Positions 40,163 through 51,572 of a DNA stretch of 64,000 nt are shown piece by piece. Under the pieces are notes generated by a model. That model ran no database searches, was not told the origin of the DNA, and saw only the letters and a program-made list of their open reading frames with translations. The DNA is taken from NCBI GenBank assembly GCA_009103225.1, contig RHPI01002069.1, positions 1,698,846 through 1,762,845 of the forward strand, written 5' to 3'. The position numbers and the translations under genes were made by a program. This DNA comes from Chlorokybus atmophyticus. Taxonomy: Eukaryota; Plantae; Mesostigma and Chlorokybus algae. Numbering within the stretch: the first letter of the stretch is position 1; every line of letters begins with the position of its first letter.

Positions 40163-40675
40163 ATGGACGCGCCTCCACATGGAGACTTGAGCTGTCACGA
40201 CTGTGATTTTTTGTGTGAATTCTTAGGATCAAAGCAGCACCTCCAGCGTTGCAAGCAGCAAGAAGCAGGCCTGCTCCTTATTGCTGCATCGGTAGCTGTT
40301 GGTGTGTGTTGTTTTGCGCGCAGCTGCAGTGGTATTGGTCGCTATACTTCGTGTATAGTACTTGCCATGTAGAGCAGACTAGCTTGCGGTCAGCCATTGC
40401 CAGTGTAGTCATTCTTGATTTGTAGTCATTCTTGACATAGGCTTACATATGTACGTGTATAGAGGAGAGACACGCTTCAGTGTCAGTGAGAGCAGTCATT
40501 CATGCAGGCACCCTCGTGCCTGCAACTTGAGACCGTACTCCGCGTGCGTGTGCGTGCTACCTGCATCTGAACATGATGAATGCCTTATGCCTTGTTGACG
40601 CTAAGTAGTCCTCTCTACACAAAACCACACAACTTCCTGCTACCACTGCTGCTGTATCACATCACCACTCCTCGG

Positions 40676-43600
40676 CTAAGCAGTGGCGGGCAAGTCCCCT
40701 TCGCTTCTCGCCCCCTCCGGCGGCCTCCACTTCTTCCCGGCCGCCACATCGTACCTTCCTAGTCCCGCCACTCCGGCCGCCTTCAGTCCCAGCAGGAAGG
40801 CGTCCGTCCCCACGGCGTGGCCGCACTCAGCGAGCGCGGCCACGCAGGCGGCGGGGACACAGGCGCCGGCGGCGATGATGCAATGAGCGTCGGCGAGCGG
40901 GTCGTGGTCACGCACAAGGACGAGGGCCTCCGCCAAGTATAACTGCAATGAAACAAAACAAGCTGGAGTCAGAGGGAGTTGTCGTCGCATGCGCTGTGCG
41001 CGCGAGCATGGGTGCAGGCGCATGAATGTGTGCACTCGCGTGCATGTACGCGTGCGTGCGTGCGTGCGTGCATGCGCTGCACCTCAGTCCGGAAGCTGCT
41101 TCTGATCTTGGCTTCCAGGTCTGCTGTGTACCGACGAAGGCCGTCCAGATGGTGCCAGCATAGCGCGGATGTAAACTTCTGCTCCAGCAACTGCGCACGC
41201 CATCCCAGATTGTTGAAGAGATTGTCTCACGCAATGCATTCATGTGTGGCACACACACTCACCAGCGCCACTTCTACCTCCTCTCCACCCTCTCCTTCGG
41301 CTTCCAACAAGCCCGCCAGTGCGCCAATATCGCGCCCCGGCAAAAAGAGCTCCAACGCCGAGAGCACGTGTACCCGGGGCACCTTCGGGCCAGCGAACGC
41401 CTGGTAGACGTACGGGTAAGTCCACATAAGCGCGCCCACGCATACGCAGACGCGCGTGGGCCTAAGCGTGTACTTGCGTGTCCCAGATGCATTGGGTATG
41501 CACACGCACGCACGCGCACACGCACACGTGCACGCGCACGCACGCACTTACGCATGCATGCATACACACGCACACGCATTGAACATTAATCCATACCTGG
41601 CACAACAGTCGTAGTCCCTGCATCATGCACTCTCTGTCCCTCACCGCCTCCACCCCCATCCTTCCCGTCACCACATCCCCGAACATCACCAGCTCCGCGT
41701 CCTCTTGCTCACCATCCATCATCAGCACCCGCACGAGGGCGTACCCCTGCGCCGCGGCGGCCTCGTGACCGCGCTCCTCGTCCATAAGACAGCTGTACAG
41801 GGCCTCGCTGGCTCTTGCGCCCGTCGCCTGTGCACGGATGTGTGATTACTCGATGAGGTTACGAAATACAGTACACTTGTTGGGGTTACCTTTACTCGGG
41901 AGAGTGTGGCCTGGCACAAGCGGCGTGCGTCGCGCACGTCGCAGCCGTCCGGGGCGTACTTGATCGGCCCGCGCCAGCGAAGCATGCGGGGGAGCTCGGG
42001 TCCCAGCCCGAGGCCCTGGTACAAGCACACATGAGTGCGTGCGTGCGTGTGCGCGCGTGCGGAGTTTGCTTGCGCAGAAGGCAGTTATCAAGCTGACATG
42101 CAAGTCTGCTGTTGTTGCTGTTGCTGCTTACCTCTGATGGTACTCCTGTCTGGAACGTTGATGAGCTCGCTAGCTTCGACCAGTCGGGTGGGTCCGGCGC
42201 AGCCAAATGCCTCTTCAGTTCCTGTTACACGCCAAGACAGTAAGTACAGTGTAGCATATCATCAAACACAATGCCATACGGGTGTCAAAGCCTCTTTGTA
42301 ATACTATCACGTTGGGCGAATGATGCCTTGCAATCACCTGTGCTTGGGCCAGTCTCTGCTGCAACGGTTCGACATCGGACGCTCGGTACCGCGGCGACGC
42401 CATTGATCGTGACATGACCGATATCTGCAAGCACACAAAGTAGTGTGTGCGTGCACGCGGGGGTTGAAGATGTGAGTCAAGTAAGAAAAGAGAGACTGAG
42501 GTTGGGCGGCGAGCCAACCAACCTGCTCTTGGGCCTCGTCAAGCTTGACGGTCAGTTCGGATATGTGAGCCTGCGCGAGTGCAAGTGTTGGATGAAGTGC
42601 AAAGTGAGCAGTTGTGCATGTGTACACAGACATGCGCATATCTGCATGGCCATACATAAACGTGCATGCGCACACGCGCGCGTGTGGGCGCGCGCACGTG
42701 TCTGCAACACTATGCGTTTGCTGCATGTGTGTGTGTGTGTGTGTGCGTGCGCGGGCGCGCGCGTGTTAGTGTGTATCCGTGCGGGCGGTACCTCAGCGAG
42801 TTCCAGACGGGAGCGCGGGACAGATCCCGCCAGCACCGCAGCATCAACAGCGTGCTCGCTGCGCGCCCGCTCCACCTCCAAACTCAACTCCGCCAACCTC
42901 TGCCCCAAACCCAGAAGTCAGCCCTCAACCCCACACTCCCCCCACCCCACCCACCCACACCCACCCACCCACCTGTCCCACCCTCNNNNNNNNNNNNNNN
43001 NNNNNNNNNNNNNNNNNNNNNNNNNNNNNNNNNNNNNNNNNNNNNNNNNNNNNNNNNNNNNNNNNNNNNNNNNNNNNNNNNNNNNNNNNNNNNNNNNNTG
43101 CACACATACACACACCCACCTGTCCCACCCTCTCCATCTCCCCGGCCCCCTCCGCCCTCCCCTCCGCCCGGATATCGTCCTCCCGGTCGATGGCCTGCTG
43201 CAGCTCCTGCTTCACCATGCGCATCTCGTCCTTAACCGCTCTGCGACGGGAGCGCTCCTTCGAGTGAGAGTCGGCGGCTTCAAGGAGTTTCTGGAGGGGT
43301 GAAGTTACACATGTGAGGTCCACATGTTGGGATGTGCGCGAGGTGTGACGGATACTTCTTGCGAGAGTACCCGACACAACTTTCGTACGACACACATATG
43401 TTGGGATGTGCGTGAGTTGTGTCGGGTACTTCGTGCGAGAGTACCCGATACGACTTGTGTATAACACACGACACTGTTGACCTTGTTGAGCTCTTTGTGT
43501 TGTTTCCTTGCTGCTGCGAGTGCCTTCTCGAGGCCTTTGGACCGCTCTTCTATCCTCCCCACAGCTTCACTCTGGTGTGTGTTGTACGTTGTGTCATGGT

Positions 43601-45751
43601 ATGGTCACATAGTGCTGAGAGATTCTCACACAAATGGTGACGCTCACCTGTGCCACCATCTGTTGTGCCCAAGCGGCCCTCTCGGCTTCCGCGCGCGCGA
43701 GGTCGGTCTCGAGCCGGCCAACAACAACAAAGTAGGGCACCTGTGTGTGCGTGCGTGAGTGCGCACATGTTTGGGGGCCGGCGCGTGCACGTGTTTGTAA
43801 ACAACATGTGCGTGTGTGCGCATGTGTATGTGTATGTGTGCATGTGCGTGTGCGTGCGTGCCCCGTGCATGCGTGCACATGCAATCGTATCAATGCGTGT
43901 ATGTGTGAGTGCTTTGACATGATGTTCCACGGTTTACGTATTCAAGCGCGTGTATGTGTGCGTGCATGCGTGCGCGTGTGCTGACATGATGTTCTACGGT
44001 TGATGTAATCAAGTGCTCCTGCCTGGTGCATTGAGAGGGTTCCGTCGTGTTTGGTGGCGTAGTACTGCGAGTACACGGCCGCCGCCAGCTCGTCCCGCAC
44101 CGTCGCCAGCACGCGCCCCCAAGGCCCGCACATCCCGCAGAGGTCTGTGTGGTAGCAAGTATCACATATTTGTTACTGCAGCACCACCTGTTACAGAGCA
44201 TGTGTACTGCCATGGTAAGGTGCGACAGGGCTGTTACAAAAGGTGTACGTGCCCTGCACTCTGTGCAAGCGCGTGCGTACACCTGCACACATTTCGCGTT
44301 TTTTGTGCCCGGTGCACTGTGTTCGTGTGCGCGTACGTGCGCGTGTGTCTGTGAAGTACGTGTGTGCCCGTGCGCACATGAGCATGTACATGTGTGCCGG
44401 GCCACGCAGTGCAATTACCTGTTACTACACAGGTCTGTAATGTTACCACCATAGTGTGGTACGCAGTGATCTGCCCGTTCGAACATGCATCTTGTGCATG
44501 TGCATGTCGTCGGTGTTACCGGACAGCAGCTGGCAGCAGACGGCGGTGCGGAACTCCTTCGCACTCACGTCGTCCGCTTTGCTCTTGGCAGCGACACCAC
44601 CACCCTCCGCGCCGCCGCCGCCGCCGCCGCCGCCGCCCTCGCCTTTTGGCGGCAGGTTCTGGCTCTTGTGAAACGCCTCCGCAAGCTTGACCTGGCAAGG
44701 AGGGTTTGCTCAGCGTCTGCGTGTGCGTGCGCGCATGCATGCATGCATGCATCCAAGCCTGTGATATCGAGAGAGCATGCGACTACCTTTCAGCACGTAC
44801 ACAAACACACAAGCACCCCAACAAAACCACATCCCCCCCCCCCCCGACTCACTTCGCAGTACAGCGCTGCGGATCTGAACCTCGGAGGATTCCCCTGTCC
44901 CCTCGGCGTGGGCGGTTTGGACGAGGAGGACATCGACTCCGCCCAGCCGACGGCACTGAGGCCGGGGGGCCACACACCCGCGACAGCGGACACGCCGTCG
45001 GGGTCGCTCTGGGACCTGAGGAGGTAAATGTGATGGTGATTAGTTGCGCGAGTATTGAGTAGGTGTGAAGAAACGAACAAGCACAGTCAGACGAGTGCGT
45101 CAATGCATGTGTGTGTGCGCGCACGCAGCTATTCAAACGTACTGGCAACAGACCAATCAATGAACACGAATTTAACAGAAAGACAAGCAAGCAAGCAAGC
45201 AAGCAAGCAGGGAACAGACTACAAGGAGCATCGAATGGGAAAGAGATTAGATCAGCAACACAGAGAGAGAACAATAGTATACAAACAAAGAGAGACAAAT
45301 ACATACAACCCAACAACGACATACACACGCAAATAAGCAACCCAAGAAACAAACCAACAAATGTAAACATACTCGCACAGATTGCAGACAGGGCCTCTCA
45401 CCTTTTTGTTCGGATCTCTCCAGTGCGCATCCCATACCCAAACCCACCGCTTGTGCTCGCCTCATTGTTGCTGTGAAGCCTGTTATTCCCTTCACCCCCT
45501 AACCCATCATTACCACCACTGCTAACACCAGCTTCATTTTGACTAGACACAGAATTGCTGCTGGTATTGTTGAGGTTGGTGTTGGTGTTGGTATTGTTAT
45601 TGCTTCTGTTGTTGGTGGTGGTAGTGGTGGTGGTGCTGTTGCTGTTGCTGTTGTTGTTGTTGTTGTTGTCTGTGATGTGCTGCTCCTGGCCGGAAGTGGT
45701 CGGTTTGGAACGGTCCACCGCTAGCGGCGGTATGAGAGGCAAGCGCAGCAT
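40676..45751 (-). CDS. TSNAXIP1-like (translin-associated factor X-interacting protein 1) coiled-coil protein, multi-exon; start uncertain
   Basis: Exons include coiled-coil segments (EERSKGLEKALAAARKQHKELNK; RAVKDEMRMVKQELQQAI) and YQGLGLGPELPRMLRWRGPIK, which resembles the family motif GLGxGxxVPxxLR. These are followed by GYALVRVL...EDAELVMFGDVVTG. The N-terminal exon is Asn-rich. Confidence 0.65.
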
Positions 45752-45895
45752 TGGACTTCTTTCTTTGCTGTTGTGATGACACGTGGCGCTGCTCACGGCC
45801 GCGGCGGCGGCGGCATTGTCGACTTTGTTTTTCTGCTCATTTTCCCAGCTTCTGTAAGAAGGCAACCAAACACAAGTCACGTGACAGATGCACCG

Positions 45896-45940
45896 CGTTT
45901 CCTGCGCTGTATTATATCATATAATACAGCGCAGGAAACG
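45896..45940. repeat. Perfect 21-bp inverted repeat with 3-nt loop
   Basis: cgtttcctgcgctgtattata / tca / tataatacagcgcaggaaacg. Confidence 0.95.
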
Positions 45941-47137
45941 GCTGTACATGATTTATAAGCAGCCTGCATAGCCGAGCTTGCAGCTCCCGGATATGCATAC
46001 CATGGACGATGGTATGACGCTTGACCTAATAAACAAGAACTTCAGCCGAATCACTCATGAGATGCTTAATGTACCAGACCTCATGAGCCTTGGTACAACG
46101 TAATATATACTCGAACTAAATGTACTTTCTACAGCTCATAAGACATTTTTTGTAAAAGGTATAAGTCGTAGTAGAAATGCTTAGCACACGTGCATGCGCT
46201 GGTTAGCAGGGGCGCACAAGCAAATCAGCAACCAGCCTGAGCACACAAGGCTCTGTGTTGCACCTGGCGTTGTATGATATGCAAAAACATAAAATGTATT
46301 ATTATAATCATGATGTGCTCGTTGCTTGTCATGTTTACCTTTGACATACATTTTACTTTGTATCACACTATGTGTTGCAAGATTAAAGTTTAAGAAATAC
46401 CGCATGACTTATCACACAGTATGTCACTGCGCGATAGATGTTTCTTCATGTATTGGAAAATTTTCATAGATTGCCATTGTCAATTGCCATTTGCATTTGA
46501 TATTGCAAGCGACTTAAATCAAACTATCGGTCAATGTTCAATCAAAAATAATCCGTGCGCATGAAACAACATCAGTGTTTACAATTGTGTCATATCGACA
46601 AGTTTTAGCAAGCAGAATCGTATTAAAGTGCCGCTTGCAATTATAAGCTTTGACGCATCGACCATGCTACGCGTTGCCTTCATTACCAACCAGCATGTGC
46701 CATAACGTCGGATATGTTACATTTGGAGGTGCCAGAGCTAAGCGTACGCATTCATGCTGGGGTGCGCCGAGCGGGTTGTTGGACACACACGAATGTGTGA
46801 CCATCTAAAAGTTATTCGTTTGTATGTACAAGTGCAGCAGAGTGCGATGCAAGTGACATAGGCGCCGGCATGCCGGGGCAACGATAAAACATAACGAAGA
46901 TCTTGTGTGAATGAATGTGTTGCACAATGCATAAACACCATGCACTGAGGCACACATGGTTTAGCAGCATGCGAGCTGTATTTATTGAGTTTTGATTATA
47001 AGCATAACTATTACAACTATGCTGTGTCCAGTACAAGAAGGTCTCAATGGGCACAACAATGGGCACAACAATTGCAAGTACGCACGTTCACCACTTGGCT
47101 GTATGACTGACAACATCAACGGGATGTTATAGAGCCT

Positions 47138-47960
47138 TCACAACATGCCACTCCAATCAATTGGGTTGAAGTGCTTACGGTTGCTCTCGCGTGCTTCATT
47201 ACCTCCATCGTGCGTATTAATATAAATGTTCACCTTGTACCGCTTAACATCCCTCGTGTGCTGTCTCAAATACATACCGATAGCATGGATAGTTGCAACC
47301 AATGATGTCTTTGTAATAAAGTACTTGCAGCCTTTAGGCTGGTCGAAAATAACATCGTCATAAAAGACATTCATGAGATGCCTTTCGTTATTTTGGTAAG
47401 AAGGGGGGGTAGGGGCATGATTTAAAGGCAAAGATATTGTATTTGCAATTCAATAAATGAATACTTTCATTGGTAGCGATAGACTCACTGTGTCGCATAT
47501 CCCGTTGTTCTTGTGGAACATTACAAGCGCAGTACCATTGAAGACTGATGGGGGCTTGAACTACTCAAGCGCTCACAATTGTCGCACACGAGCTTTATGG
47601 TTTGTTACTTTTAATAGCGTTGAAGATACAAACTTCTTGCGATCCACATCTCGCGTTATAACGTATTGTACATATGATATATGCGCAAGCATTAACAATA
47701 ATATTACTCAGCGCAATGCTGACACAACATCAACAGTTGCTGTTGTATTAGCATTGCACCGCACCAACCTTGCATATATTGTAAGTGAAAGCAATGGCTG
47801 TCGCAATGTTGATCCGGTCATCATCACAATGACGTCGTTGAATATATGAATAGTGTTTTAAAGATCTTTTACAAATACCACATCTGTCAATTGAAATATC
47901 ACCAATATGTTGCAAAAATGTATATGGCATATTGAATTTAATGTTAGCAACGCTGTATTG
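47138..47960 (-). pseudogene. Decayed intronless reading frame of unknown identity in an AT-rich island
   Basis: One minus-strand frame runs about 270 codons with only about 6 in-frame stops by my count, ending in the listed ORF ...FYDDVIFDQPKGCKYFITK...VNIYINTHDGG...NPIDWSGML. No family was recognised. Confidence 0.4.
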
Positions 47961-49142
47961 TAACATTTATACTAAGTATTAATGTTTATTAACCGGATAT
48001 AAGTTGCCAACCAACGGGGGCTTTTCATGGCTATCCAAACATAATCTTATTCGTTTGATTCGCGTGAGTGTTAATCTAATGTCCGCCAAAATGTTTTCGA
48101 TTGATACATGTGTGTGTGTGTGTGTTGTAATACATGCGGGCCTTGGTAATTGTGGCTTCAGTGATTGCGGCATATCGTACTGCTGCAATAACATTCCTTA
48201 GTTGTGGATTTATGGTCATCGCCACGTTGTTATTATATTGTTTTCTGCCAAGGCTGTATGAAGTTGCGTCGATCGGTAAGTCGTGGTCGTGTCGAAATCC
48301 CCAACCTTAAATGTCATAGATATCACATAGCAGCATCCGATGTGCTTAATGAAAGAGCGGTGTTAATTTGTCATTTGCTTCAGCTACGCCCAGTCTTCTT
48401 CAGACACCCGCTTAGAGCATGGCCGCTACATTTCCGTACACCATATGGCATATGACCTTAGCCTACCAATTATACAAATGTTGCGCTTCTCTTATAGCGT
48501 GAGACAGTTTGATGTCGTTTTTTTTGGAAGTTGTCCTTGAAATGCAAGGCTTTGTAGTACGTGTCGATACAATAGCAGCAAATCACGCGTTGTATGTAAT
48601 ATATTATTGATTTACTATGCAAGTCTTAACCAAAGGATGGTGTTCATGACGTCGTTTGATGGCAGGTGCTAAAGCGCCAATCAATTTATATTGGAATTGG
48701 TGATATTGGCTAACATCACCTGTTGCGTTATTGCAAGTCCGTGAATCCTCATCACTTCAATCTTCAACGACGTTCAATATCGTGCAAAAGGCAGATTGTT
48801 TCTGCATCTACGAATACAATAGCATGATCAACGTGTTGAATAAAAGGTTTGAACCAACTGAGCTCGCCGCAATCCGAAGGAGAGTGGTAATTAAATCATA
48901 GTTCACGATAAAGTCCTCTCCAACGTCACGCAACATTTGGTTTTTTATGCACTTAAAAAGCCTTATAATCGTATGTATTGGCTGAGCAATTGTTATGCAA
49001 TTGTTATGCAACGCCGTCGACGGTGTACCCAGAGCAGTGGAGATTGCATCGGTATTCACGATGTGTATGCTAGCACACGTGGCACGCACGCACGCAATAA
49101 CCATAATAAAGCCAGAGAGTGCGCGACACACGTCACGTCAAC

Positions 49143-49148
<6 letters not shown>

Positions 49149-49188
<40 letters not shown>
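49149..49188. repeat. (GA)n microsatellite
   Basis: Uninterrupted ga run. Confidence 0.95.
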
Positions 49189-49190
<2 letters not shown>

Positions 49191-49825
49191 CAATTACACG
49201 CATAAATACACGCGAACACACTCACTCATGACATTATATACAAGCACGGCGCATGGAATCTACTGTACATACTTGTTCCCACTTAGCCCCCACTCCTACC
49301 ATGCCATACATAATGCCACCAAATGCTAATGTAATTGAGAAATGACACACTTGATAGTAAGGGGTAAGGGTAAAAAGAATAGGAAAGGTTAAGGGTCAGC
49401 GTGTGCAGGCGGTCGTGCGGTGGCAGATGTGTGCTCTAGCGTTGGTGACGAAGGGGGGCCGTCAGATGGGGCGAGAAGGCGGCTGTTCAGCTGAAGGTGA
49501 CGTCCACCATCGGTGCGCCGTTCTGTCCTGCTCAGCAGGCGCGGTGATAGCGTCAGGGTATCGCCGCAGTTGTCACGGCGATTATCATGTGCTGCTGCTG
49601 CTGCGGTGAGGGCGGCAGCGGTGATGTGACGCTAATTGATAGCTGGTGACGTGGCGAGCCAGCAGTCCCGGTACGGATTGCCGTCGTTCGCCTTGCTGCC
49701 GCCGAGACAGCTGCGCTGTCGCCGCTGCTGACGTAAACGTTGACAAGTCACATGACAGTTGCATTTGTGCAGTCGCAGTGTTTCGCTCTTTTTCCGCCGC
49801 ATTCTTGCAGTCATAAATGCAGTTG

Positions 49826-49980
49826 GCGAGGGTCAGAGGGAGGGTGAGAATGGAGGTGAGGGGTAAGGCAAGGGTCCGGGTGAAGGTGCCAAGGTGAGAG
49901 TGAGGGTAAGGGTGAGAATGGAGGTGGAAACGAAGGCCAGGGTGACTGGGAAGGTGCCAAGGGGAGAGTAAGGGTGAGGG
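49826..49980. repeat. G-rich telomere-like minisatellite: two 68-bp units built from GGGTGA/GGGTAA/AAGGTG-type hexamers
   Basis: Units at 49842-49909 and 49910-49977 both start gggtgagaatggaggtg and share gaaggtgccaagg. Similar gtaagggg taaggg tracts occur at about 49356-49398. Confidence 0.75.
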
Positions 49981-50132
49981 TGTGTGTGTGTCCCCAAATC
50001 ATACTGGCATGGGCAGATTACTGCTCCTCGTGCTCTGTGCGTTAAAAGGTTGCACGATCTGCTTATACAGAAAACAAGTGTCCACTTAATACATGCACGG
50101 TGTCTTGCATAGCAACTTTAGCAATGTCTTCA

Positions 50133-51572
50133 TCAAAGCATGTCGACCGTGTTGCGTGCCATCTCCGTCAGCAACGAGACTAAATTCTCCATGAAATCAG
50201 CTCGATAAGTACATAGCCGATAAAACCGCAGCACATGTAAAGTAATAATCAACGGAAATATAGGCTTATCTGATTTGCTATACAACTTCGTTGCGATGCC
50301 GACTTTAACGGTTCGAAACACACGTACATCTAAGAACGGATCGCTTTCGCCTTCATGTGTTTTGGCCACCGTCAACATGGTTGCCGGATATATGCCTGCT
50401 GCGGGTGTAACATGTTGCTGGTACAGCAGGTGGTCGAACTCTAAAACCTCCGCCGTGAACAGATCATTAATGTAACGCAACACCTATGTGCTCATGCTGT
50501 GAAAGAGGTCGGCATTCGCTGTGAGCTTGGGCTGCTTCATGAAGTCCAACTCGTTTGTCAATAAAAAGAAGTTGGCTAGGTACACGCCCGCGCTGTTGCC
50601 CATGGGAATGCCGATGGTTTGCCGGTATATGAGATCCTGTGCCGCCTTGACATACAAGTTTTGCAAGATATTTTGCAACATGGCGCGGAAGGTAGCAGCA
50701 TCGAAAGTCCTCGTTGTGCTGCCCTGGGGGACCGCTGCATATCCAGCACCACGTGTCCACCACGGTCTCCCCTTCTCCTTGTCAACCAGTATTTATAGAT
50801 GTGTGTGACGATGGTGATGATGTTAATATTCAGTACACTTGTTAACTAGCTGTGTAATGCGTTGTATATGTAGCAAGGCTTCATGTTCTATCTTCGTGTA
50901 CAGAGAGGTGAAGTCGTACGTCTCTAAGTGACACATGGTCGGCTTTTGCGCCGCCCTGTGTGTGATGTTGTAGTGTGTCTTCAAGCGTTCAAAGCCCAAA
51001 ACATCCTGCAAGATCCATAATGTGCCGATGACGTGTAGTCTCAACTCCTCCGTCCACACCGCATTCACCATTGGTAACAATGCTTGATACCCACGAGTCA
51101 ACCATACGCTCGCTTCTGACAGCGTCGTGCCAGTTGCCGCAATGAAGCGTAGCGCTAGCTGTGATTTGTGCAACTTCAGCAACAGATACATGTGGGATAA
51201 TGTCAATTCTCGGTGTTGCGCAACGAAGCCCTGTTGAGTTGTCCACTCTTTGTGCATACGCACATTGTTGGTGTACTTCAATCACACGCAACCAAGCCAG
51301 AATTTAAGTTGTTTGTAGTATCGGCGAAATCGCTCAAATTCTGTGCATTTTATATGGGTTAAAGGATATAAGGCGTTGTTTATATGGTTAACCACAAAGT
51401 GAGCAAGACCGGTTGATAGCCTTTGCATAAGGCGAGGATGAAGTCTTCGCTGCAATACGGGGTGGTTGAATGATGGTGTAATGGTCATACCCCTCCGCCC
51501 CATAATCAATGTGAGCATTTTTACGAGAAACGCACGGCGATGTAGGTGCCCTACATCGCCGTTGACAAGCAT
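50133..51572 (-). mobile_element. Decayed Penelope-like retroelement reverse transcriptase (Naiad/Chlamys-like)
   Basis: YLLLKLHKSQLALRFIAA, LWILQD, TYDFTSLYTKIEH, YRQTIGIPMGNSAGVYLANFFL, LRYINDLF, GIYP, PFLDV, TKLYSKSD and RFYRLC appear in PLE RT order. It is disrupted by TGA at 51282-84, a frameshift near 50800-50825, TAG at 50484-86 and a catalytic YIDD>YIND change. Confidence 0.88.

Noticed and set aside
42966-43134. Duplicated cacccacctgtcccaccctc (a second splice-donor copy) on both sides of the gap
   Set aside because: It flanks an N gap and is probably an overlap artefact of assembly.
47190-47300. VNIYINTHDGG resembling the ClpP YINSPGG motif
   Set aside because: The catalytic Ser/His motifs were not seen downstream, so the match is too short to name.
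51282-51284. In-frame TGA in the PLE ORF as selenocysteine (some Naiads encode Sec)
   Set aside because: The same ORF also has a TAG, a frameshift and a YIDD>YIND change, so ordinary decay explains it. No SECIS was identified.
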